From: Planctomycetota bacterium
GTDB taxonomy: Bacteria; Planctomycetota; UBA11346
Assembly: GCA_038213805.1 (NCBI GenBank)
Contig: JBBQSO010000002.1
Span: 415-64,414, forward strand
DNA: 64,000 nucleotides
Direction: 5' to 3'
The translations under genes were made by a program, and so were the position numbers. A model generated the notes under the pieces. It saw only the letters and a program-made list of their open reading frames with translations, searched no databases and was not told the DNA's origin. Below are positions 46,751-57,036 of the stretch, one piece after another; position 1 is the first letter of the stretch, and each line of letters starts with the position of its first letter.

Positions 46751-47694
46751 TGATCGTTCAGAAGGTGCCAGAGCTTGTTGGTGAGCAGCGTCATCACGAA
46801 GTTCGCGATCATCACCAGCACGCTCGCCTGGACCACGCCGCGCGTGCACGCCTCGCCCACGCCGGTGGCGCCGCCGTGGGTCATCAGCCCGCGCCGGGAG
46901 GCGACGATCGCGATGATCGCGCCGAACACGAAGGTCTTGGCCAGACCGGTGGTGACGTCCCAGGTCTTCATGTACTTGGCGGTGTTGAACCAGTACGCGC
47001 CGCCATCGGTCTGCCACACGTCGACGACCAGGAAGGCGGCGGCATAGACGCCGACCGCGCCGGCGATCGCCGACAGCACCGGCATCAGGCACACGCAGGC
47101 CAGAAAACGCGGCGCCACCAGATACGCGACCGGATCGGTGCCCATCACGCGCAGCGCGTCGAGCTGCTCGGTGACCTTCATGGTGCCGATCTCGGCCGCC
47201 ATGTTCGAGCCCACCCGGCCGGCGACCATCAGCGCGGTGAACACCGGGGCGAGCTGGCTGGTCAGCGAATAGTTGACCATCGGCCCCGACATCACCTCGG
47301 CGTTGAACTTGACCAGCGTGGCGTAGCTCTGCACGCCCATCACCAGGCCGATCGACGCACCGCTGATCACCACCACCGGCAGGCTGAGGAAGCCGATGTG
47401 ATAGAGCTGGGTGACGATCACTTCGCGGCGCTGGCGATCCTTGAACAGCGCGCGCAGCGCAGCCCAGGTGAGGCTGCCAAGCTGGCCGGTGGCGGTCAGG
47501 CCCTCGACGGTCAGGCGTCCGACCAGTGCGGTCGCACCCTTGGCGGTGCGCGCCGGGCGGATGTAGGTGAACGGGTTCAGCAGCGGCACGCCCGGGTTGT
47601 AGACCCGGCCGGGCGCGAGTCCATGAACCCCGGCCAGGCCATGAGCGGGATTGCACGCTTGTGGAGGACCCCGCGCCGCGCTAAGCCCCGCCAT
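46747..47694 (-). CDS. mlaE: MlaE/Ttg2B-family ABC transporter permease (no adjacent MlaF/MlaD)
   Basis: Conserved MlaE core (VTQLYHIGFLSLPVVVISGASIGLVMGVQSY...MVAGRVGSNMAAEIGTMKVTEQLDALRVMGTDP...). Start uncertain: the first ATG (rc 47692-47694) overlaps the divergent gene's ATG in a CCATGG palindrome. Confidence 0.7.
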   Translation of the reverse strand: MAGLSAARGPPQACNPAHGLAGVHGLAPGRVYNPGVPLLNPFTYIRPARTAKGATALVGRLTVEGLTATGQLGSLTWAALRALFKDRQRREVIVTQLYHIGFLSLPVVVISGASIGLVMGVQSYATLVKFNAEVMSGPMVNYSLTSQLAPVFTALMVAGRVGSNMAAEIGTMKVTEQLDALRVMGTDPVAYLVAPRFLACVCLMPVLSAIAGAVGVYAAAFLVVDVWQTDGGAYWFNTAKYMKTWDVTTGLAKTFVFGAIIAIVASRRGLMTHGGATGVGEACTRGVVQASVLVMIANFVMTLLTNKLWHLLNDQ

Positions 47695-48136
47695 GGCGCG
47701 TCGCGCACTCCGCCTTTGGCTGATCGACGACAGTTCCGAACCGCACGCGGTCGCCGCCGAGACCGCGGCGCGCCTGGGCGGCATCGAGCTCAGCCACTTC
47801 CACTCCGGCAGCGAGGCGGTCGAGGCCTTCGCCGGGCTGGCCGCGCAGACCCCCGGCGACCTGCCCGAGGTCGTGCTGATGGATTTCTACCTCGGGGTCA
47901 GCGAGCGCGGCGACCGCATCACCGCCGAGCTGCGCCGGCTGGAGCCGCCGGGCGCCGCGGTCACCATCGTCGGCTACAGCAGCGTGCTGTCCGGCAGCCA
48001 AAGCATCCTCGCCGCCGGTGGCGATGCGATCGTGCCCAAGCAGCGCACGCCGGACGGCGTCAATCCGAGTCTGAGCCGCTTCCTGCGCGACTGGCGGCAG
48101 GTGCGGCGCGGCGAGAGCACGGGCGCCGGCCACTAG
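47693..48136 (+). CDS. CheY-like receiver domain protein (divergent, possibly atypical)
   Basis: LWLIDDSSEP (acid pocket), VLMDFYLG (phospho-Asp position), VGYSS, IVPKQ. ATG at 47693. Confidence 0.6.
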   Translation: MARRALRLWLIDDSSEPHAVAAETAARLGGIELSHFHSGSEAVEAFAGLAAQTPGDLPEVVLMDFYLGVSERGDRITAELRRLEPPGAAVTIVGYSSVLSGSQSILAAGGDAIVPKQRTPDGVNPSLSRFLRDWRQVRRGESTGAGH

Positions 48137-48502
48137 TCGCGATACGTCGCGCCCTCACCATGCATCGACTCTAGGAACTCCTCATCCACGAGCCGTCGCT
48201 GATAGCACCTTTTATGCTTCACTTTTCAGCGCCAAGATAGCGCTATGAACGTAAGAATTTCGAAACACTAGACCCCATCGACCACGCTTCTTCCGGTTTG
48301 CGTGGAAGACGGCGTAATTGGGTGTCGCCTCACACCCACCACGTGGCAGGATAGTAGCGCCAGTATTCTATTTGACTGTATTTCGTCGTGTGGATACAGC
48401 CTACAGACTCTCCCGCCCTGCCAATCAGGGTGCTTTTGCGCGTTCCGGATGCCGACCCTCCCACGGGTTAGCCGAAAATCCCGTGGTTGCCGAGGTAAGC
48501 CG

Positions 48503-48946
48503 ATGCATCGCAAGACCATACTGCTGGTCGAGGACAACCCTGACGACGAGCTCCTGACCAAGCGGGCGCTGACCAAGAACCAGATCGTGAACCGCCTGGT
48601 GGTCGCCCACGACGGCGTCGAGGCGCTCGATTACCTGTTTGGCACCGGCATCCACGCCGGGCGCGACCTCACCGACCAGCCCACGGTGGTGCTGCTGGAC
48701 TTGAAGCTGCCACGCATCGACGGCCTCGAGGTGCTGCGCCGCGTGCGCGCCGACGAACGTACGCGCATGGTGCCGGTGGTGGTGCTGACCTCCTCCAAGG
48801 AGGACCAGGACCTGAAGCGCTGTTACGAGGAGGGCGCGAGCAGCTACGTACGCAAGCCCGTGGACTTCGACGAGTTCATCGAGGCCGTGCGCCAGCTCGG
48901 GATGTACTGGCTGGTGCTGAACGAATCCCCGGTCCAGGGCCTGTAA
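48503..48946 (+). CDS. Stand-alone response regulator receiver (Rcp1-like)
   Basis: ILLVEDNPDDE, VVLLDLKLPRIDG, VVVLTSS, VRKP. GAGG lies 7 nt upstream of the ATG at 48503; a stop 4 nt before the next gene suggests an operon with the hybrid kinase. Confidence 0.8.
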   Translation: MHRKTILLVEDNPDDELLTKRALTKNQIVNRLVVAHDGVEALDYLFGTGIHAGRDLTDQPTVVLLDLKLPRIDGLEVLRRVRADERTRMVPVVVLTSSKEDQDLKRCYEEGASSYVRKPVDFDEFIEAVRQLGMYWLVLNESPVQGL

Positions 48947-48950
48947 GGCG

Positions 48951-50864
<1,914 letters not shown>

Positions 50865-50874
50865 TGGCTTAGGC

Positions 50875-51081
50875 GGCTGACAGCCGACAGCAGATAAAAC
50901 AGGAGGGATGGAGACGCGGAGATCGGAGGAGGGAGCCTGGGGGCGGGGCCCAGCCATAGCTGGGATGTGGGGCGTGATCGACGCGGCTCGCGAACCTCGA
51001 TCGTCCTAGCCTCCAGTGGTCCTCATCCGATCTCCGTGTCTCCATCCCTCCTGTTCTATCCGTTGTCGGCTGTCGCTGTCC
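50875..51081. mobile_element. MITE-like element / long imperfect inverted repeat (arms of about 55 bp at roughly 88% identity, about 90-bp spacer containing nested palindromes)
   Basis: Left arm 50875-50930 (ggctgacagccgacagcagataaaacaggagggatggagacgcggagatcggagga). Right arm 51021-51081 (cctcatccgatctccgtgtctccatccctcctgttctatccgttgtcggctgtcgctgtcc), whose rc aligns with about 48 of 54 matches. It sits between convergent genes. Confidence 0.55.
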
Positions 51082-51099
51082 GATGTCGTCCGGCCGCCC

Positions 51100-51690
51100 C
51101 TACCCCAACCACACCATCACCCCCGCCTGCGCCAGTCCGATCACAGCGCCCAGCAGCAAACCCCACCATTCGATGGCGCGGAATTCCCGGCTGGCGATGC
51201 GGTTGACCATGGTCTCGAGGCGGTCGAGGTCGAAGGCGGCGAGGTTGTCGCGCGCGATGCGGCCGACGTCGATGCGCTCGCGCGCCACGGCCTTGAGCTT
51301 GGCGATGATCCCGGGCTGGGCGGCGACCAGCTCGGTGAGCACGCTCTCGCGGATGCCGGCGATGCGCTCGGGCGTGACCAGGCCGCCGATGAACGGCAGC
51401 TTGCGCAGGTCCTCGAGCTTCGCCGCGATGGCGCGGTCGAGCGGCTCGGCGAGGTGCGGCACCAGATCGATGCCGTCGAGCCCTTTGAGCAGATCGTCGG
51501 GCCGCACCAGTTCGTCACCAACCACCTGGCCGATGCTCTCCGCGAGCTGCTGCTGGCGGCGCGGCAGCAGGCCCTGCAGGCCGAGGCGCGGCGTGCGTGG
51601 GTGGAACAGCATCTTGATCGCGACCCAGTTGGTCACCCAGCCGATGCCCCCGCCCAGCACCGGCATCATCACCCATGGTACCCAGTTCAT
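51100..51690 (-). CDS. DUF445-family membrane-associated protein (YheB-like)
   Basis: N-terminal motif VLGGGIGWVTNWVAIKMLFHP and a C-terminal TM helix; 196 aa. Confidence 0.6.
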   Translation of the reverse strand: MNWVPWVMMPVLGGGIGWVTNWVAIKMLFHPRTPRLGLQGLLPRRQQQLAESIGQVVGDELVRPDDLLKGLDGIDLVPHLAEPLDRAIAAKLEDLRKLPFIGGLVTPERIAGIRESVLTELVAAQPGIIAKLKAVARERIDVGRIARDNLAAFDLDRLETMVNRIASREFRAIEWWGLLLGAVIGLAQAGVMVWLG

Positions 51691-51819
51691 GCGCTGCTCC
51701 TGTTCCCGCCCAGAGATCTCGCGGGGCCGCCTTCATGGCCGGATCCGACGCCCGGTCAACGCCCGGCGCGCCAACGGGTTCCCCCTGGCGACCCCGTCTG
51801 ACCCCCTAGGCTGTGGCCC

Positions 51820-52638
51820 ATGAGCACCCATTCTTCCCAGCGCATGCCCGCCTCCGCCTCCGGCCCGGTGCCGATCGTCGTGCATGGCGCCGCCGGCCGC
51901 ATGGGCCAGCGCATCCTCACGCTGGCGGCCAACGATCCCGCCTTCCGCGTCGTCGCCGGCGTCGATCGCGTGGTCGGCCGGCTGCGTGACCTGGGCATCC
52001 CCAGTGACGCGCCGCTGCTCACTGAGATGCCCATCGAGAAGGGCGCGGTGGTCATCGACTTCAGCCATCCCGGCAGCTTCAAGGCGCTCGCCGCGCACTG
52101 CGGCACGCATGGCATGCACCTGGTCAGTGGCACCACCGGCATCGCCCCGCTCGAGATCGAGGAAGGCATCGCCGCGGTCGCCAAGCAGGCCGCCGTGCTC
52201 TACGCGCCGAACATGAGCGTCGGCGTCAACGTGGTGTTCCGCATCGCCGCGCAGATCGCACGCACCCTTGGCCTGGACTACGACATCGAGGTGGTCGAGG
52301 CGCACCACAACCAGAAGGTCGACGCGCCCTCGGGCACCGCCTTCGGCATCACCGACGCGATCTGCGCCGCCACCCACCGCACGCGCACCGATCTGGTGCA
52401 CGGCCGCCAGGGCCAGACCGGCGCGCGCCGCAAGGGCGAGATCGGCGTGCACGCGCTGCGCATGGGCGACGTGGTCGGCGACCACACCGCCTACTTCGTC
52501 GGCAATGGCGAGCGCATCATGATCAGCCACGTCGCGCACAGCCGCGACATCTTCGTGAAGGGCGCGCTGCGCGCCGCCACCTTCATCAGCCGCCAGAAGC
52601 CCGGCCGCTATTCGATGGAGCACGTGCTGGGGCTGTGA
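51820..52638 (+). CDS. dapB: 4-hydroxy-tetrahydrodipicolinate reductase
   Basis: DapB signature EAHHNQKVDAPSGTA plus the N-terminal NAD(P)-binding VHGAAGRMG; 272 aa. Confidence 0.9.
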   Translation: MSTHSSQRMPASASGPVPIVVHGAAGRMGQRILTLAANDPAFRVVAGVDRVVGRLRDLGIPSDAPLLTEMPIEKGAVVIDFSHPGSFKALAAHCGTHGMHLVSGTTGIAPLEIEEGIAAVAKQAAVLYAPNMSVGVNVVFRIAAQIARTLGLDYDIEVVEAHHNQKVDAPSGTAFGITDAICAATHRTRTDLVHGRQGQTGARRKGEIGVHALRMGDVVGDHTAYFVGNGERIMISHVAHSRDIFVKGALRAATFISRQKPGRYSMEHVLGL

Positions 52639-53312
52639 GCGGCGCCGCGCGTCCCGCGATCCGCGCGCTGACCGTCGACGCCGCCGGCACGCTCATCGTC
52701 CCCGACCCTGGGGTGGGCGCGGTCTACGCCGAGGTCGCCGCCGCCTGCGGCCTGGTGCGCGATCCAGACGAGCTCGAACGCGCCTTCCCCGCCGCCTTCG
52801 CCGCGACGCGTGCGCGCTGGGGCGTGCCCTACGGCGCCGACGACCGCGATGCGCTGCGCTTCTGGGCCGCGGTCATCGAGGCGACCTTCGCCGAACCGCT
52901 GCCTTACGAACTGGTGTGCGAGCTCTACGACACCTTCGCCACGGCGCGCCGCTGGCGCGTGCTGCCCGGGGCACGCGCATTGTTCGCGCTGGCCGCCCGG
53001 CGCGAGCTGCCGCTGGCGGTGGTCTCAAACTTCGATTGCCGGCTTGAGCCACTGCTGCATGCGCTGGAGCTCGGTCCGTGGGACGCGCTGGTGGTCAGCA
53101 CCGAGATCGGCGCGGCCAAGCCCGATCCGGCGCCGCTGCACGCCGCCTGCGCCGCCTTGCGCGTGACCCCGGCCGAGGTCCTGCATCTGGGCGACAGCGC
53201 CCGCGAGGACGGCGGCATGTGCGCCGCGGCCGGCGCGCGCTGGTTGGAGATAGACCCCGCCGTGGGCATTCCCATCGCCCGGCTCACGGCCATGCTCGAC
53301 GCCCCACCGTGA
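52635..53312 (+). CDS. HAD-superfamily hydrolase (subfamily IA-like) with a non-canonical motif I
   Basis: Motif I LTVDAAGTL (nucleophile Asp present, but the Asp+2 position is Ala); motif II VSNFD; motif IV GDSAREDGG. GTG start overlaps the dapB stop (GTGA). Confidence 0.65.
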   Translation: MSGAARPAIRALTVDAAGTLIVPDPGVGAVYAEVAAACGLVRDPDELERAFPAAFAATRARWGVPYGADDRDALRFWAAVIEATFAEPLPYELVCELYDTFATARRWRVLPGARALFALAARRELPLAVVSNFDCRLEPLLHALELGPWDALVVSTEIGAAKPDPAPLHAACAALRVTPAEVLHLGDSAREDGGMCAAAGARWLEIDPAVGIPIARLTAMLDAPP

Positions 53313-54328
53313 CCGCTCCCGCGCCCGCTCCCTCCACCGGCCACCCCACCGGTACCGCCCCCTCGCTTGCCGTGGCCGTGCGCCTGCCCAACTGGGTGGG
53401 CGACGTGGCGATGGCGCTGCCCGCGCTCGCGCTGCTGCGCGCGCACGGCCACCGCCTGCACCTGTTCGGCCGCGGCTGGGCGCGCGACCTGCTGGCCGGC
53501 ACGCCCGACACCGTCAGCGCGTTGCCCACGGGCGGCGCGGCGGTGCGCGCGGCGGTGCGCGCCGCGCTGCGCGCCAGCGGCGCGCGCGATGGCCTGCTGC
53601 TCACCAATTCGTTCTCCAGCGCCTGGCAGATGCGCCGGGCGGGGGTGCGCGCCACCGGCTACCGCGGCGATCTGCGCGGCCTGCTCCTTGCCCAGGCCCT
53701 GCCGCGCCCACGCGGTGGGCACGAGGTCGAGGCCTTCTGGGCGCTGGCGCGCGCGCTGTGCGCACGGCTCGCGCCGGATGCGCCCGCCGCTGCCGCCGCT
53801 CCGCCCGCGACCCTCGCGCTGCCGCTCGCTGCTGCCCATCGGAGCGCCGCAGAGACCGCCCTCGCCAACGCAGGTCTGCGTGCCGGCGAACCCTACAGCG
53901 TGCTCTGTCCGCTCGCCGTCGGCACGGTGCGCGGCCAGAGCAAGCAATGGCCGTCGTTCCCGCTGCTCGCACGGCTGTGCGCCGAGCACGGCGCGGTGGT
54001 CGCGTGCCCCGGCCCCGGCGAAGAGGCGGCCTGCGCCGCGGCGCTGCCCGGCGCGACCCTGCTGCCCGGCCTGGGCCTGGGCGCCTACGCCGCGGTGCTG
54101 GCCGGGGCGCGCCGGGTGGTCGCCAATGACTCCGGCCCCATGCACCTCGCCGCCGCCGTCGGCGTGCCGGTGCTCGGCATCTTCGGCGTCACCGCCCCCG
54201 CCCGCACCCGCCCCTGGTCCGCGCTCGGCGCCAGCGTCGGCGACGGCCGCGGCTGGCCGGCGGTGCGCGCGGTGTGGGAGGCGGTCCAGCGCCTGCCAGC
54301 CGCCGCGCGCGAGGATGGCCTGCCATGA
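53309..54328 (+). CDS. Glycosyltransferase family 9 (ADP-heptose:LPS heptosyltransferase-like, WaaF/RfaF-like)
   Basis: N-terminal RLPNWVGDVAMALPAL and C-terminal NDSGPMHLAAAVGVPV motifs of GT9. GTG start overlaps the HAD stop (GTGA). Confidence 0.75.
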   Translation: MTAPAPAPSTGHPTGTAPSLAVAVRLPNWVGDVAMALPALALLRAHGHRLHLFGRGWARDLLAGTPDTVSALPTGGAAVRAAVRAALRASGARDGLLLTNSFSSAWQMRRAGVRATGYRGDLRGLLLAQALPRPRGGHEVEAFWALARALCARLAPDAPAAAAAPPATLALPLAAAHRSAAETALANAGLRAGEPYSVLCPLAVGTVRGQSKQWPSFPLLARLCAEHGAVVACPGPGEEAACAAALPGATLLPGLGLGAYAAVLAGARRVVANDSGPMHLAAAVGVPVLGIFGVTAPARTRPWSALGASVGDGRGWPAVRAVWEAVQRLPAAAREDGLP

Positions 54329-54963
54329 GACCCATCCTGATCGTCGGCGGCGCGCCGCGCATCGCGGTCGACGCGGTGCGCCACCTGACCATGGCGGCGA
54401 GCGGCGCCACGGCCGTGGCCCTGCGCGCGCGCCTGGTGGCCGCCGGCGCCGGCGCGGCGCTGCTGCTGAGCGGCGACGCCGCACCCGGCATCGCGGAGGC
54501 GCAGCGCTTCGCCGACCGCCCCGCCCTGGAAGCCGCGCTGCAGGCCTGGATCGCCGACCACCCGGACGGCGTGGTGGTGATGTCGGCCGCGGTCAACGAC
54601 TACGCGGTGGCCGCGGTCGAGCTGCACCAGGGTGGCGCGGTCCGCACCTTCCCACCGGGCGCCAAGATCCCGTCGCAGGGCGACGAACTGGTCATCCGCC
54701 TGCGCCCGGCGACCAAGCTCATCGACCGCTTCCGCGCCTGGGGCCTGCGCGGCCACATCGTCGGGTTCAAGTACGAGGACCGCGCCACCGTCGTAGCCGG
54801 CGCCACGGCGCTGCTCCAGCGCACCGGCGTGGCGCTGGTGGTGGCCAACAGCCTGTGCGGCACCCTCCAGGCCCTGGTCGATGCCGGCGGCGAGCGCGCC
54901 TTCCCCGACCGCGAGGCCCTGCTCGACGCGCTCTGTGCGCGTATCCTCGCGCTCGCGGCGTGA
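54325..54963 (+). CDS. Divergent CoaB-like (phosphopantothenate-cysteine ligase / DFP-domain, PF04127-like) protein lacking the canonical SSGKMG lysine
   Basis: Collinear with the CoaB domain: ILIVGGAPRIAVDAVRHLTMAASGATA (vs ILITxGPTRExIDPVRxIxNxSSGKMG), SAAVNDY (vs CAAVADY), QGDELVIRL, IVGFKYED, VVANSL. Its ATG overlaps the GT9 stop (ATGA). Confidence 0.5.
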   Translation: MRPILIVGGAPRIAVDAVRHLTMAASGATAVALRARLVAAGAGAALLLSGDAAPGIAEAQRFADRPALEAALQAWIADHPDGVVVMSAAVNDYAVAAVELHQGGAVRTFPPGAKIPSQGDELVIRLRPATKLIDRFRAWGLRGHIVGFKYEDRATVVAGATALLQRTGVALVVANSLCGTLQALVDAGGERAFPDREALLDALCARILALAA

Positions 54964-55106
54964 CGCGCCTGCGGGTCCATGCGGACCGTCCCCAAGGGCT
55001 GGTGGAGGGTCACTCGGACGGCTCCCAGTGACCGGCTGTCGCCTCAAGTAGGCCCCATCGTGGCCGATACTGCCATGCGGCCCAGGTGCGGGTCCGGGGA
55101 GGCCTC

Positions 55107-56912
55107 ATGGACGCAGCGGAACAGGGCCCAGCGCAGGAGCGCCTCGACCAGGCAGAGAAGCGGCTCGCCGCGCTCGCCGACCTGGGCGTCGACATCGCTG
55201 CGCTGCGCAGCCAGCTCGCCTTCGCCCGCACCCGCCTCGCCGAAGACCATCCCGAAGAGGTCGCCGGCATCTGCGACGAGGTGCTGGCCACCGCGCGCCG
55301 CCTTACCGCCGGCGCGCCCGCCGGCGACGGGCGCGTCCGCAGCGCGCGCTTCACCCGCGACCAGTTCGCCGAAGAGCTGCGCAATGTGCTCAGCCACGGC
55401 ATGCTCGCGCAGCTGCTCGCCGAACAGCGCCAGGGCCCCGACCCGCGCGTCGAAGGACGCCTGCAGGCACACGAACAGGCGCTGCGCGCCGCGCTCGCGG
55501 AAGGCCTCGCCGAGGAGGGCCGCGCGCGCAGCCAGCTGGCCAGCGACCTGAACGAGCTGCGCGAGGCGCAGCGCACTGCGCGCGAGGAACTGCTCGCCCT
55601 CGACCAGGCGCGCCGCCAAGGGCAGGGTGAGTTGCGCCAGCTGCTCAGCGACCTGCGCCGCGAGCGCGGCAACGTCACCCCGGTCGCAGCGCCGGCCAGC
55701 GCCGCCCCCGTCGCCGCCGCGGCGCTCGACGTCGCTGCGCTCACCCAGGCCATGCGCGCCGCGCTCGAGGCCGGCGCCACCCGCCAGGAACAGCTGGTCG
55801 GCGGCCTTGAGCGCGGCCTCGCCCAACTCGGCGAGCGCCTCGCCACGGCGGTCGACGCCATGCGCCAGCCGCCAGCTGCCGCCCCTGAGGCGCTCAGCGC
55901 GATGGTGCGCCAGCAGCCGTCGAGCATGCGCACGCAGCGCGTCGATCCCCCCAGCATGCGCACCACGGCGCTGCCCGCGCCGGCCACCGGCAGCCTCCAC
56001 CTCGAGCTGCCCGACACCGCCGACGTGGTCGCCGAGGACGCGGACATGGTCGTGATGGACGACGAACCGCACGACCTGGCCATGCTGGCGGGGGATGAGT
56101 CCGTCCACGCTGCTGCGCAGTCCGTCCCGACTCCTGCAGCGGTCGCGCCCGCGAGCGCGGCCAACGACTACATGGATCTCGAGTTGATGACCCTCGGCGG
56201 CGCGCCGCGGGGTGACGCCCCAGCCGTCACGAACCCCACGGCGGCGGCGTCCGCGCCGGCCATGGGCATGGGCGCCGAGTCCGCCTCCGCGAGTGGCCGA
56301 GACGCGGCGCGTGCGCCAACCCCGCCGGTCGCGGACGGCGACCTCGTGCTGAGCGACGAGCCGTCGGCTGCGGCGCACGTCCCGGTCGCAGCGACCCGGA
56401 TGGACGCCTTGGACCTAGTCGGTGAGCCGCCCGTGGGTGAACACCAGACCACCAGGTCGTACCATGCCGCTTCGACCCGCACCGAGAAGCCCGTCGCCGC
56501 CGCAACGGGCTCGGCCGCGCTGCGTGCTGCGGTCACCGCCGCGGTCGCGGCCCAGCTCGCGGAGCACCTCGGCGACGCTGCCGGCTTCGACGAGGCGCGC
56601 GTGCGCACGCTGATCGCCGAGGACGCCGAGCGGCGCCAGGCGACGCCCCCCGGTGGCACCCGCACCGGCCCCGGCGCGCGCGGCGATGGCGGGTCGCGCA
56701 TGACCGACAGCGAGATGCGCCAGACCCTGGTGCGCCTGCTGCCCGAGGTGCTGCGCGATGAACGCGTGCGCCAGCCGCTGCTCGCGCTCATCGCCCTGGA
56801 GGCGGTCGGCAATCCCGGCGCGCTCGGCGAACTGACCGGGCTGCGCTCCTTCCTGCGCCGCGAGCTGACCATCGCGGCCGGCGAGCTGTCCCACGACAGC
56901 GCCGGGGTCTGA
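55107..56912 (+). CDS. Hypothetical Ala/Arg/Glu-rich, probably coiled-coil protein
   Basis: 601-aa ORF; GGGGAGG 5 nt upstream of the ATG at 55107; low-complexity/coiled-coil N-half (RLAALADLGVDIAALRSQLAFARTRLAE...). No domain recognised. Confidence 0.5.
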   Translation: MDAAEQGPAQERLDQAEKRLAALADLGVDIAALRSQLAFARTRLAEDHPEEVAGICDEVLATARRLTAGAPAGDGRVRSARFTRDQFAEELRNVLSHGMLAQLLAEQRQGPDPRVEGRLQAHEQALRAALAEGLAEEGRARSQLASDLNELREAQRTAREELLALDQARRQGQGELRQLLSDLRRERGNVTPVAAPASAAPVAAAALDVAALTQAMRAALEAGATRQEQLVGGLERGLAQLGERLATAVDAMRQPPAAAPEALSAMVRQQPSSMRTQRVDPPSMRTTALPAPATGSLHLELPDTADVVAEDADMVVMDDEPHDLAMLAGDESVHAAAQSVPTPAAVAPASAANDYMDLELMTLGGAPRGDAPAVTNPTAAASAPAMGMGAESASASGRDAARAPTPPVADGDLVLSDEPSAAAHVPVAATRMDALDLVGEPPVGEHQTTRSYHAASTRTEKPVAAATGSAALRAAVTAAVAAQLAEHLGDAAGFDEARVRTLIAEDAERRQATPPGGTRTGPGARGDGGSRMTDSEMRQTLVRLLPEVLRDERVRQPLLALIALEAVGNPGALGELTGLRSFLRRELTIAAGELSHDSAGV

Positions 56913-57036
56913 GGTGGCGCGTGCGGGCCTCGGCCCGGAGCACGGCCGGACGGGGCCCGAACCGCGTGCCCCGCAGCCGTCGGCAGGAGCCCCGGCGAGC
57001 CCTGGAATTTTTCACGACGGGCGCATAGTGCAGCGC

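Noticed and set aside
45662-47656. 664-aa track ORF presented as one protein
   Set aside because: It is two things joined by an upstream alternate-frame start: the real ThiO-like gene begins at the GTG at 46750; the upstream portion is an out-of-frame read through the MlaE gene.
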